The notes under the pieces are model-generated. The model had not been told where the DNA came from. It saw only the letters and a list, made by a program, of their open reading frames with translations, and did no database searches. Of a DNA stretch of 64,000 nt, positions 26,866-40,521 are shown piece by piece (the first letter of the stretch is position 1; each line of letters begins with the position of its first letter). This DNA is from Octopus vulgaris (taxonomy: Eukaryota), in contig OX597829.1 in NCBI GenBank assembly GCA_951406725.2, positions 44,950,001-45,014,000 on the forward strand. Reading direction: 5' to 3'. The position numbers and the translations under genes are program-made.

Positions 26866-27811
26866 TGTTCACCATTCCACTTCCATTGCACACACACACA
26901 CATACATGCACACATATACACATACATTCACCTACCTCCCTGTTACATACACACATATAGTCATCCCACTACCAGTTTGCCATCACCCCTTCCTTCCTTA
27001 TTCATCTATCATCCCTTCCTTTCTCATTCATATGGAGTGACGGAGAAAAACACAAGAGTATTATTATAGTATATCAGCATTATTGTTCCTGCCGAGCCAG
27101 CTTTACATTTCATTCCTCAGAGGTGAAAAGATAATAAAATACTAGATGTTGATGTAATCGACTCAATACTTCCCACCAAAATATTATTGGCTTTGTGACG
27201 AAATTAGAAACGATTTCGTTTCTTTTTTTCTTTTTTCTTTTTTTTCTTTTTTTTTTTCACTTTCCGTCTTAGAATATAAAGATACATTAGAAAAGATGTT
27301 CCAGGTGTTCCGTGCCTACGAACAAGAGATCTGAGATGGTTTGGCTCTTAGCAATAATAATAACAACAACAGCGGTAGCAGAATCACATAGAACATAAGT
27401 TCTTGTTTTATTAACAATCACTTCTGCCTTTAGAGGATGTTTCCCAAATACCAAATGTCAACCGAGGACAGTTCCATAGAGAAACGAGGAAAATCTCTCA
27501 AGAAACAAGAAATCTCTAAATGAAGAGGACAGGTTTATTGTCTTAGAATAACAGGGCATTCATGAGCACGTGTTTCTGCCGCAATATAAGTCCTTAGTGT
27601 AACAGTGTAACAATTGTCCTACCTGTACCCAGTAGCCAGGTGACACAGGCATATATAAAAAGTATAGAAGACATTTACGGCCCAGGTAATTTGCGTAATG
27701 TAAACAAAAAAACGAGCCGAGAGAAATAACTTAGAGTGACCAGTGGTATGTAGATAAACAACAGAGATAGATATACAGGTATTAAATACCATACAGCGTG
27801 TGTGTATGTGT

Positions 27812-27867
<56 letters not shown>

Positions 27868-28398
27868 GCTGGTGTGTATGTGTAGACAATAAAGATAAAG
27901 TAAAATTAAAGTACGATTTAAAGGTAAATTTAGTTGCCATATTTAGCACGTCGGATAATAATATTAAGAATTGTTCATCAGCGCTTGCGTAGATTTTTTT
28001 TTCATCTTGTTACTTGGCGTTAAGTCCCATAGGATTCCAGAATCGGGTAGAAAAAATACGGGATGGCCCGCGTATCCGATATTTCATTATCTAATGTAGT
28101 TTTAACATATATGTTCATTTTAAGGCTGAGGATAAGATACTATCTAAAATGGAATTCGTTTACTTAACGCAGTAGACAGCGCATTAGCAACATTAACTAC
28201 TTGGGTCATTAGATATATATATATATATATTACAGGACGAAACTGTAATGAAATTGGAAACTTGACTGATAAATAGAAGGCCACGAATGATCCGCCCTTG
28301 ATTTTTCTTGACCGTCTTGTGGAACGTCTATCTGTCTATATGTATTTATTGTCGTCCGTTACGTTTGTAGACCGTCTTTTGGATTTATACATACATAT

Positions 28399-28465
<67 letters not shown>

Positions 28466-28625
28466 AATGTCTTGGAAAACAAAAATTTTCAATCTTTGGC
28501 AGCTGACTAAATGAATTTCTCTCAAGGTTGCAAAAGATGATAAAAACAAAAAAAAATTAAAAACCAACGTTTAAGAGCGAACGATAGAATTCTTAAGGTC
28601 AACGATAAGCGGATCTATGAAAAAG

Positions 28626-28779
<154 letters not shown>

Positions 28780-29013
28780 TGTATGCTGCATATTTGTTTG
28801 AGATTCTGCCATTGTATCTCTTGTTTCCTGATAGGTCATAAACATGTCTTCATGTTGGTGCCAGAATTTCTAAATCGACAAAACCTGAATTGGCTATATA
28901 ATACGCAGGATTGCGCGCTCACACACGAACACAAGCACACGCATTGATGCTTATGTGTATATATGCGTAGATATATATATATATACACATGTATCTCCAC
29001 ATATCCAGCAAAC

Positions 29014-29060
<47 letters not shown>

Positions 29061-29209
29061 TACATATATATAGATATATGTATACACACACACACATATA
29101 TATACATACATACACACATGTGTATGAACGTTTTCTGATTGTTTTTTATTGATTATTTCGCATAACGAATATAGGTATGTATAAGTATGTATGTATCTAT
29201 CTATCTATT

Positions 29210-29310
<101 letters not shown>

Positions 29311-29355
29311 ATGTATGTATGTACACATACACACATATACATTTACATTATTATT

Positions 29356-29398
<43 letters not shown>

Positions 29399-29400
29399 GC

Positions 29401-29442
<42 letters not shown>

Positions 29443-29554
29443 TTTTATTCTTTTACTTGTTTCAGTCATTTTGACTGCGGCCATGCTGCAGCAGTGCTTT
29501 TAGTCGAACAATTCGACCCCAGGGCTTATTCTTTTAAAGCCTTGTACACAGAAA

Positions 29555-29600
<46 letters not shown>

Positions 29601-29965
29601 AGATAACGAAAAAGAGAAAAAGGGAGAAAAAGATAAATAGATAGATAAATAGATAGATAGATAGAAATACATACAAAATGAGTGTATGTGTGAGTGAGTG
29701 TGTTTTCGCGCGCGTATGTGTGTATGTGTGTGTGTGTGTGTGTGTTTTTGTGTAGTGTATGTATGTGTATTTGTATGCGTTCTTAGATTTCAAACGTCTT
29801 TTCATATGTTGCATTGCTTAAGGTTATGCTTTCAAATATTTTTATTCTTATCTTATGCTTTGTACATTTACATCGTAAAGCACACACACGCGCACACACC
29901 ACATACACACTCACACACATAGCTAAATGCACGCATAGGCATTAAATATACGCATATAGTCATAC

Positions 29966-30006
<41 letters not shown>

Positions 30007-30023
30007 TACATACACACACACAT

Positions 30024-30071
<48 letters not shown>

Positions 30072-30170
30072 TTTCACATATAAACATATGTGCATGTACG
30101 AATGTGTGCGCACGCGAGTGTGTATACATTGGTATATACATGCATATTTGTATCTGTATATATATATATA

Positions 30171-30356
<186 letters not shown>

Positions 30357-30464
30357 ATAATGTAAAAGTATATGTGTGTATGTGTACATAAAACAAATGT
30401 GATAGGAGATTTTACTCGTGTCAAATTTTAGTGCTGTAGCAGTATTTATTCACACATGAAACGG

Positions 30465-30890
30465 TTTCCTTCGCAGCCACATAGTTCCGGGTTCAGTCCC
30501 ACTGCGTGGCACTTTGGACAAGTGCGTTTTACCGTAGCTTCGAACCAACCAAAGCCCTGTGAGTGGATTTGGTAGAGAGAAACTGAAAGAGGCCCGTATA
30601 TGTGTGTGTATGTGTGTGTGAGTGTGTGTGTGTATGCGTGTGTGTATTTGTGTGTGTGTGTATGCGCGTGTGTGTGTTTGTGGCTGTGTTTGTCCCACCA
30701 CCACCACTTGACAACTGGTACTGGTGTTTTCCGTCCCCGTAACTTGTCGGTTCGGCAGTAGAGCCCCATAGAATAAGTACTAGGCTTTAAAAAAATCATA
30801 ATAATAATAAGTCCTGGAGTTGATTTTTTTTACTAAAAGCCCTTCAAGGCGATGCTCCAATGACTGAAACAAGTAAAAGATAAAAGATAT
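30465..30890 (+). mobile_element. SINE family A
   Basis: ggttcagtcccactgcgtggcact..gtgagtggatttggtaga..agaataagtact. Confidence 0.85.
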
Positions 30891-31448
30891 ACTGGGATTG
30901 ATTTGTTCAACTAAAGCCGTTCAAGGTGGTGCCCCAGCATGGCCACAGTCCAATGACTGAAACAAGTAAAAGATAAAAGATATACTGGGATTGATTTGTT
31001 CAACTAAAATCCTTCAAGGTGGTGCCCCAGCATGGCCACAGTCCAATGACTGAAACAAGTAAAAGATAAAAGATATACTGGCATTGATTTGTTCAACTAA
31101 AACCCTTCAAGGTGGTGCCCCAGCATGGCCACAGTCCAATGACTGAAACAAGTAGAAGATAAAAGATATACTGGGATTGATTTGTTCAACTAAAACCCTT
31201 CAAGGTGTTGCCCCAGCATGGCCACAGTCCAATGACTGAAACAAGGAAAAGATAAAAGATATACTGGGATTGATTTGTTCAACTAAAATCCTTCAAGGTG
31301 GTGCCCCAGCATGGCCACAGTCCAATGATTGAAACCAGTAAAAGATAAAAAATATACTGGGATTGATTTGTTCAACTAAAACCCTTCAAGGTGGTGCCCC
31401 AGCATGGCCACAGTCCAATGACTGAAACAAGCAAAAGATGAAAATATA
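30891..31448 (+). repeat. Six tandem 93-bp copies of the SINE family A tail
   Basis: Unit starts at 30891, 30984, 31077, 31170, 31263, 31356. Confidence 0.95.
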
Positions 31449-31861
31449 ATGGTCAGGATTGTTTTTTTATGAATTTGATTCCGTACTTCCTAACTGTCGA
31501 TTTTAACTGACGGTTAAGTAAAAGTTAAGTACTTAATTTTGGAAGAGATGCGCAGCTTCCGTAGCCTTGTAGTTTTAAAGAAAAACGTCGCGCATCATGA
31601 AGTTTTATAAGTGCCTCGAGTCCCGATAATAGAAATGTTCTTATATTTCTGTTCAATATGGTTCATGCGTTGTGTGTTATCGTTTATATTTAAATCTCAA
31701 CTGCTACTTCGCTGTTAATAAAGGTAAATATATTGAATGCAGAACAATTTTTAAATTAAAAAAAAAAAACTACTAGTTTCAAATAATCACAAGGAAAGTA
31801 GAAAACTGTTAATTGACTGACATCATTTAAACTTTTTTTTTTTTTGAAAACTTTTAATACA

Positions 31862-32390
31862 GGGAGCAGGCGTGGGTCTGTGGTAAGAAGCTTGCTTTCC
31901 AACGACATGATTCCGGGTTCAGTCCCATTATGTGACAACTTGGGCATGTGTCTTAAACTATAGCCTCGGCTGACCAAAGACATGTGAATGGATTTAGCAG
32001 ACGGAAACTAAAAGAAACCCGTCGTATACGTGTGTGTGTGTTTGTGTGTGTGTGTTTATGTATGTATGTATGTACGTATGTATGTATGTATGTATGTATG
32101 TATGTATGTATCTATGTATTTATGTATGTATGTATGTATGTATGTATGTATGTATGTATTTATGTATGTATTTATGTATATATGTATGTATGTATGTCCT
32201 TGTGTTTCTTCTCCAACAACACTTGACAACCGGTACTAGTGTGTTTATGTACTCGTAACTTAGCGGTTCGGCAAAAGAAATCTATGGAATAATTATCAGG
32301 CTTAACAAATAAGTACTGGGATCACTGTTCGACTAAAGGCCCTTCAGGGCAGCGCCCTAGAATGGCTGCAGTCTAATAAGTGAAACATAT
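31862..32390 (+). mobile_element. SINE family A
   Basis: gcaggcgtgggtctgtggtaagaagcttgc head, (TATG)n centre, tail cagtctaataagtgaaac. Confidence 0.8.
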
Positions 32391-32885
32391 ATAAAAAAAA
32401 TGAAAGATAAATAGTGTTTAAAGAAAAGATAACAAGAAATAATTATGAAAGGATAAAAGATAACATCAATAAAACAGTCGTTCCCGCAAAGCAAATTAAA
32501 TAAAATTTGGGAGTTTTGTGGAGGGTTAAAGTGGGAACAAAAGCAGAACAGTGAAGACAAGACAGTAAAAACAAACGGTGAGGGCTGTTAAGCCTTAACG
32601 AGGCAAAGTGGTGAACGTTGGAGAAAGGAGCTATGACAGGAGGCAGGCAAAAGGTCTTATCTCTTGCAAAGCAAGAGGAAGAAAGAACGATAGCTGCTGG
32701 TCACGTGTGACCAACGGGAGAGTCAAGGAGGAGGAGTGGGGGAGAGAGAGAGGGAGAGAAAGTGAATGGTGAATGGGGAGAAGAAAAGCAGAAAGAAAGA
32801 AGAATGATAGCGGAATAAAGATAGTGGTAGAGCGCGCATCGGAATTATTAAGGTAAAACTTAAAATGGATGCGTGGTGTTTGATC

Positions 32886-32925
<40 letters not shown>

Positions 32926-32967
32926 CACACACTACATATATAGAAAATGGATGCGTGGTGTTTGATC

Positions 32968-33050
<83 letters not shown>

Positions 33051-33057
33051 TATATAC

Positions 33058-33140
<83 letters not shown>

Positions 33141-33787
33141 TATATACATATATATGTACATATCTAAATATATGCCTACATATAAATGCATATATGGGTC
33201 CAGGACGTAAAAAATGTGAACAAAATGAAAAACGACAACATAAAACACACAACACACACACACATACAAGTATCCATTCGTAAATATTTTAATGCATCAC
33301 TACACGCGTTTCCACAATCTATATGTTTCTTACGATCATAGTCCGTATTCATGGAATGATTACAACCCAAAATTAATTGAATTGAGCACATTGAATATTG
33401 AAACTTACTTTAGAGAAACAGGAGGGAGAAGAATTTAACAACTTGGACGCTCACTATTAACTAACAATGACACATTAATTAGCAAACGTTCACCACATGA
33501 AAATTCCTCCGACTCATCATTCATGGATATACATACATGTACTATTTGGATTTTCATTTTCAAAGAGCAATTTTTATTATATATATATGACATAATCCGG
33601 ATAAACTTCCACAAGAATCGAACCTGGTATTGTTGGTTTCCCTACAGATTCCGTGTATTTTTTTTTATTTTAGTGGGGGTGGGTTACTTTTTTATTTTAT
33701 TTTGCTTTCTTGTATTGCACTATTAACAAACTGACTGACATATTATATAGGTCATTAAAGATCTTGTCGACCAGTGTATGTAATGTA

Positions 33788-34037
33788 TTGGTTTGGTGCA
33801 TAATTATTGCGGCTTTTTCTTTTTTAATTTTATTCCACAAACACAATAACAATATTTAATAAAAACATCTTTAAATGACGGTCCGACCATCTGCAAAGCA
33901 TATGGGAAGCAATAATTGAAGTAGATGGTGAATATGCTCCGGAATAATCATTTAAATATGTCTTTGTTACATCTTGCTATTGTTTTTCTTCAATAAAATT
34001 TGTTGAAAAAATCCGCAATAATTATGCACCAACCCAA
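33788..34037 (+). mobile_element. Mariner MITE retaining a transposase C-terminus
   Basis: TA|ttggtttggtgcataattattgcgg ... ccgcaataattatgcaccaacccaa|TA; internal WEAIIEVDGEYAPE*. Confidence 0.85.
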
Positions 34038-36254
34038 TACTTTTATCGTACGAATGTATATATTTATATGTGTGTATGTGTGTGCGTGCGTATGTATATA
34101 TGCAGGTATATATAAATGTATGTGTACGTATATATGTTGTACACACATATGTGAGTATGCGTATGTGTGTATGCATGTTAGTGTGTGTGTGTGTGCATGT
34201 TAGTGTGTGTGTGGTGTGCGTGTGCGTGTGTATGGGTGCGTGTGCGTGTGTTTGTGCTTGCGTGTGTATGTGTGTGTCTCAACACGCATTTATACACAGG
34301 TATAGATACACGCAAAGAGAAACGTAAAAATGAAATCAGCATATCCAAAAGCAATTTACAAAAAATACAAAAGATACAAAGAGAAAGAGAGAAAGGGGGA
34401 GGAGGAGGAAGTGGAGGAGGAGGAGGAGGAAGAAGAAGAAGAGGAGGAGGAGAGAGGGGATAGAGAGAAAGAGGATAGGTAGCATGGTGAATAGTTCGCT
34501 ATAAATAAGATGTAACATTAGACGAAATATCTATGTTATTCAATAAGGTATAATGAAGCAAGGCTAACTATAAAGTCTTTGAGTAAACAAAAAGAAAGAT
34601 AAAAAAAAAAAGAAAAAAGAGGAAAAAAGAAAAGAAGGAAGAAAGAAAGAAAAGCATCTTGTTTCTTGCTGTGCTGGAGAAGCTGCAATCGTTGTTGAGA
34701 TTCTTTAATTGGTAATCATTAACGAACTGCAATGATTATCGATAATATGAACGTTCTTAGACGTATCCTGCTAATATGATGTACCTAACACAAACAAATA
34801 GATTAAGGCAAATAATACTGCACACGTTACAAAGTCGAATTGTTCATACGCACGCACGTACACACACACACACATACACATTTTGTACATGTATATGTAT
34901 ATATGATATATGTGTCGTGTGTGTGTGTGTGTGTGTGAAAGTAGATAGTCAGATAGACAGATAGACAGACAGACAGACAGAAAGAGAGAGAGAGAGAGAG
35001 AGATGATTCATTGCTTGCCCTAATTATCGGTTGTTTTTCTGATCAGAATTTTTGATTTGAAACGTAATTACTTTTGTAAAACTCATAAATGAAATATAAG
35101 TGTGTGTGTGTATGCGTGTGCGTGTGAGTGTGTGTGTGTGTGTGTGTATGTGTATGTATGTATGTATGTATGTATGTATGTATGTATGTATGTATGTATG
35201 TATGTATGTATGTGTATGTGCGTGTGTAGGCGTAATATAAAGTCTATATCTTTTGTTAATAAACGGAATGAACTACTGAAAAAAACACAGCAGGGTGAAT
35301 TTTGTATTAAATTAACTCTCGAAAACAGCAGGTGAAACGAGAATGAAGCATTGCAAACGTTTCGGACATTTGTCCTTCTTCGGAAAGGAAAAATGAAACA
35401 TAAGCAAAATGAAATAGAGAAAGAGTGAGAGTGTGTGTGAGAGAGAGAAACATGTTAACAGGGTTAGGGTTATATGTGTCGTTGCATGTGTTAGTGCTTG
35501 TGTGCCTGATAGATGAAATAAGGGAGGAACGATATAAACGAAGGTGTTGGTTGGATGATGTTTAGATGTATGCAAATTCGATTGCGTCGATTTGTGATGT
35601 GCGTGTATGTGCAATTGTTAGATGGATTGCGTAAAAGCATGTGTGTGTGGCTGAGTGCGTTTTTCGTGCCACTAAATGTGTTTAGAAACTGGTCTAAGAA
35701 GAATGAAGAATTATATTCTGATATCATATTCTTACAATTTTGTTCATTTACGAACGTTTCGAATGGCTTAATGAATTCTCGTTTCCACACCATACATTAG
35801 CTTGTATGTATAATCAATCATATTAATTAATCAATTAGTACCATCCAATCGATTCGTCAATAACCCCGGATTTACCGTTTCTATGAGTGTTACTTGTCAT
35901 ATGACGGGTAACTTTGGAAGTATATTTTTGACACAACGCGTAATATCAGAAAATAAGCAATACAAAGATCTAACGTTTACCAAATTTCTTGCTACTTGTA
36001 CACAATGATGAAATGAATAATAACTTTGAAAAGGAAATATTAAAATATTAGATATTAAATATTGATATATTAAATAAAGCAAAATTTTGCTTGAATATTT
36101 GCAATAGATACGTTATTAATTTTCTTAAATCTTATATACATAATCGAAATAACTCCAGCACTGCAATATTTCATATGAAAAAAAGTAGCTTATCCTATGC
36201 GCTTTAAGTTAATTCTCTCTGTATGAGGAGTTGCTTCCCTCTGTTCTTTTCCAT

Positions 36255-36328
<74 letters not shown>

Positions 36329-36535
36329 GCCATCTCTACACGATGTAAAGTGTTGCTGGAGAATTCAACCAACCAAGCAACCAACCAACCAACCAACCAA
36401 TCGATATTTATATCGGTATTTATTAAATACAAATATGTTTTCTCTCTCACAGTGCGTAGCATTCTTTCCCTCATTGCCTCCCCCCTGCCAACTGTTTGGT
36501 TTGTCAAGTTTATCCTTCTGCTTAAATTGAAGCAA

Positions 36536-36578
<43 letters not shown>

Positions 36579-36910
36579 TAGACTGAAAATTGATTGTATA
36601 CGGCTGTGTACACACGGGCTAGTTCGTATAAACTTATGTCATTTGGCGTCTATCGACCACGTAGCTTTTATCATCTTTACCATCCCCTAAAACTGCTTGA
36701 GGATTGCAGCGTTCTTGTATGGATTTTAACCTCTGATGCAATCTCTGTTTGTGCCTTTGTTTTATTCTCTCTCACCATTTCTCTATACAATATAAAGTGT
36801 GAGTAGAGAATTCTACTGACCAGCAAACCAACAAAACTTCATACTAGATATTATATTTGTGCGTATGTGTGTGTGTGCGCGTGTCTATTAATAATATGAT
36901 AATTAGTAAC

Positions 36911-38424
36911 GCTCGGGTCCTGTTGATCCGTTTTCAGAAGCTGGCTGAACGTATCTACCCAGAATCACAGTGTGGCTTCTGAGCTGAAAGATCCACGATA
37001 GACATGGTCTTTATCCTTCGTCATCTCCTGGACAAGTGCAGAGAGCAGCAGATGCCCATCTACGTCGCATTCATTGACCTCACCAAGGCCTTTGATGTTG
37101 TCAGCAGAGACGGTCTTTTCAAGGCTCTCCGAAAGATCGGCTGTCCTCCAAAACTGCACAGTTTAATCGAGTCTTTCCACTCCAACATGAAAGGGACTGC
37201 ACAGTTCAACGGCAACCTCTCCGAGCCCTTCGACATACGCAGCGGGGTCAAGTAAGGCGGCGTACTCGCCCCAACCCTTTTCGGGATCTTCTTCTCACTC
37301 CTGAGGCATGCATCTGGCACAGCACAAGAGGGACTATATACATAAGGATCAGATCGGGTTGTAGGCTGTTCAATCTTGCCCGCCTTAAAGCGAGGACAAA
37401 GGTCCGTGAAGTCCTCATTAGAGAAATGCTGTTCGCTGATGTCGCTGCAGTTGTGACTCACACTCAGAGGGAACTGCATCTGCTGATGGATTGCTTAGCC
37501 CAGGCCTGCAAAGACTTCGGGATGACTATCAGTCTGAGGAAGACAAACGTTACGGGTCAAGACGAGCCGGCACCACCTGTCATCACCATCGACAACTATG
37601 AATTCGAGGTTGACCACCAGTTCATGTACCTTGGTTCCATTATCACCGACAACCTCTCCCTAGATGCTGAGATAGACAAGGGGATCGGGAAAGCAGCCAC
37701 AACATTCGCTCGCCTCATGTCACGAGTGTGGAGAAATCCCAAGCTAACAGTGAAAACGAAAATGGCTGTGTACAGTGCTTGCGTCCTCAACACTCTGCTA
37801 TACGGCAGCGAGACATGGATCGCGTATGCCCGCCAGGAGAAATGGCTTAACACCTTCCACTTCAGAAGCCTCCGACGCATACTCGGCATCTCCTGGCAAG
37901 ACAAAGTAACCAATACTGACGTTCTGTCTCGTGCTGGCCTCGCCACTATGCTCAACTTGCTAAGACAACGTCGGCTGCGCTGGCTTGGCCACGTTCGCCG
38001 AATGGAGGATGGTTGAATCCCAAAGGATGTCCTCTTCGGAGAGCTTGTCGCGGGGCGGAGAAATATTGGCCGCCCGAAGCTGAGGTACAGGGATGTGTCC
38101 AAGAGGGATATGAAGGTACTTGGCATCAACACCAATTCCCGGGAAGATCTCGCAGCCGACCGAACCAGCTGGAGAGGCACTCTTCACAAACAACTGCAGA
38201 CCGGCGAAGAGAATTTGAGGGTGGCGGTAGCTGAAAACCGAGCCCGCAGAAAAGAAATGACAGCCAACAGACTGGATTCAACGTATAGGTGTGACCTCTG
38301 CAAACGAAACTGCCACTCTCGCATCGGTCTCTACAGCCACAGGAGGAGTTTCAAAAATTGAACAGACAATTCAACGGACGGATGACATCATCCATGGTCA
38401 GCTATGACCGACGGAGGCCCAATA
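36911..38424 (+). mobile_element. RTE-clade (BovB-like) LINE, 5'-truncated, RT pseudogene
   Basis: PESQCGF, FIDLTKAFD, SGVK*GGVLAPTLF, LFADVAA, LLYGSETW, RQRRLRWLGHVRRMEDG, C-terminal CDLC..C; possible TSD aattagtaacg / aatttgtaacg. Confidence 0.95.
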
Positions 38425-39093
38425 AATTTGTAACGGTTGAGTCAGCTTTCTTTTTCTCCTTATCCTCTCTTCCTTATCCTTCACTTCCTTATCACTGTCC
38501 TCTGCCTCGTCGACTTATGTAGAAAATGCTTGTGCATCGGTTCCATCACAAACGGCCTTGATCATTTTAGAGGTTAACCTGACCACAAATCATTTTCTTA
38601 CCACTGACCAGTAGACAATAAATAACTACTTAATAGAAAAACCAAAGACTAATGGAGCTGCGCCCTCCTCTTTTGTTAGAAGTAGAGATAATTGGATCAG
38701 TGAAGTCAATTATCCTTTTCCCCTCATAAAAATTCTACTAACCTCTTAATTTTTCTGTTCTGGTTAAATATGTACTATTCTGGTAAATCCATTCTGTCGA
38801 CTGAAATAGTAGCAAAATCACTGAAAATGTCCCTAATTTTGAAGTTTATGAATTCATCTGACGAAAACAGTTTCTCTATAATGATGTAGTGTTTTCATTA
38901 ATTAATTAAAAGATTCGTTAGAAATGGTCGTAATAGATTGACACCTGTACCTCTATTGTTACTCACTTATATTTTATTCGCCTGTCTCCAAATCTGCCCT
39001 TCGTAAATGTTATGGACCGTATATTTAATATAATGTACATGTCGGAATAGCTCAAGAGCGGATTTCTTCAAATTTTAGAACATTTATAAATAG

Positions 39094-39147
39094 AAGGTCT
39101 TACAGCTGTTTCCGGAATATTTTGTATATCCCTTCATCGGAGACGTT
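39094..39147 (-). ncRNA. Type I minimal hammerhead-like motif (Penelope-like context about 39040-39420)
   Basis: gtct-CCGATGA-A-GGGATAT-acaaa-ATATTCC-G-GAAA-C-agct-G-TA-agac. Confidence 0.65.
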
Positions 39148-40174
39148 GTGAGAAAATGGCTAAGCAATAGTTATTTTAGATAAGAGTGAAGTACGGGAAT
39201 GAAAATAGACGTGAGATATGCAGGGATATTGCATCTGTAGATCCATTATTTAGGCACAGTGGTATACATATAAGATTCCAATATCTTGTAAGTTCCAATA
39301 GTATTTAAAATTGGTCATTCCAACTATAGAGTTTGCACACAGTGTTATTGAATCGAGGGTTTTATTTAAAGTTTTACTTGGTCACTTTGCTGTGAACAGG
39401 TATTAATCTTCTCTCTTCGTTCTTTTGCACCATATGGGCTCAACTCGCTTCCTTTCTTCATCTGACATCAACCCCACACGGATTCCCACATATTCCTACA
39501 TTCAACTTCCCCTCCCTCCCTCCACCTACACACCTTTATACTGCCTACCTCGGTACCCTCATCACACACACACATCACTATATGAACACCCGTACACCCT
39601 GTTCAGCTCATCACTTACTTCACACACCATTACACATACATACACACGTACAATACCTTCTCACTCCACATACACTAGCACCGACCACTTCTCAGCACGC
39701 ACACTACACACCATTACTTGCACACCCACACACAATCTTCAATAACGTCACCACACATACCACTATACGAGCAGCCACATACCACTGTTTAACTCAGCAC
39801 ACACACTACACAGCATCAGGCACATTCCCACGCCCACACAAACACACAGTACTTGAACATAAACAATATATAAGTACACACGCAACATACATAAACATAC
39901 ACAACACGCATAGACAAAGATAACTTTCGCCCACAAACATACACTATACACATGCACACTATTTGGTCAGACACACACACATATTCACATGTGCACATAT
40001 TTGAAAGAGTACACATCAACTGCTACACACACACACAAATGCATCAGGCTCACTCGCCCTCATTCACACATACACACGCACGCTTGCTCACTTAGTTCAT
40101 TTGAATCACCATTACTCATTTTTTTTTACTAATTATCTCCCTTTCAGTCAACCTCTTTATCTCATTATCTCCAT

Positions 40175-40342
40175 TGCTTCCGACTTTACGTTCTGGGTTC
40201 AAATTCAGTCGGGTTCGACTTTGCCTTTCATCTTTTCAGGGTCGATAGAATAAGTAGTACTAAGATGAACACTGGGGTGTAATGTAATCAATTTATCTCC
40301 TTCCTTGAATTTTCTGGCCTTGTACCAAATATTGAAACCAAT
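40175..40342 (+). mobile_element. SINE family B, degraded
   Basis: ttacgttctgggttcaaattc..gactttgcctttcatc..gggtcgata. Confidence 0.75.
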
Positions 40343-40521
40343 ACCTGTACTGGCTTTTTACGTTCTGAATCAAATTTCACCAAGCTACTTAAAGGTAACT
40401 TCGTCAACCCACAGACCTAGTGTGGAGAGTAATGCAAATTCTGAAAACATACATCAGCACCATATTGATTGTAAGCATAAATGAGAGAAGGATCCATTCT
40501 ATTCTAGAATATGAAGAAATG

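Noticed and set aside
25850-27790. Hox-cluster microRNAs (miR-10, miR-993) suggested by the Hox-type motifs
   Set aside because: No mature-sequence match or convincing precursor hairpin seen by eye
30891-31448. Regular array superficially like CRISPR
   Set aside because: Whole 93-bp units repeat with no unique spacers, they derive from a SINE tail, and the context is eukaryotic with no cas genes
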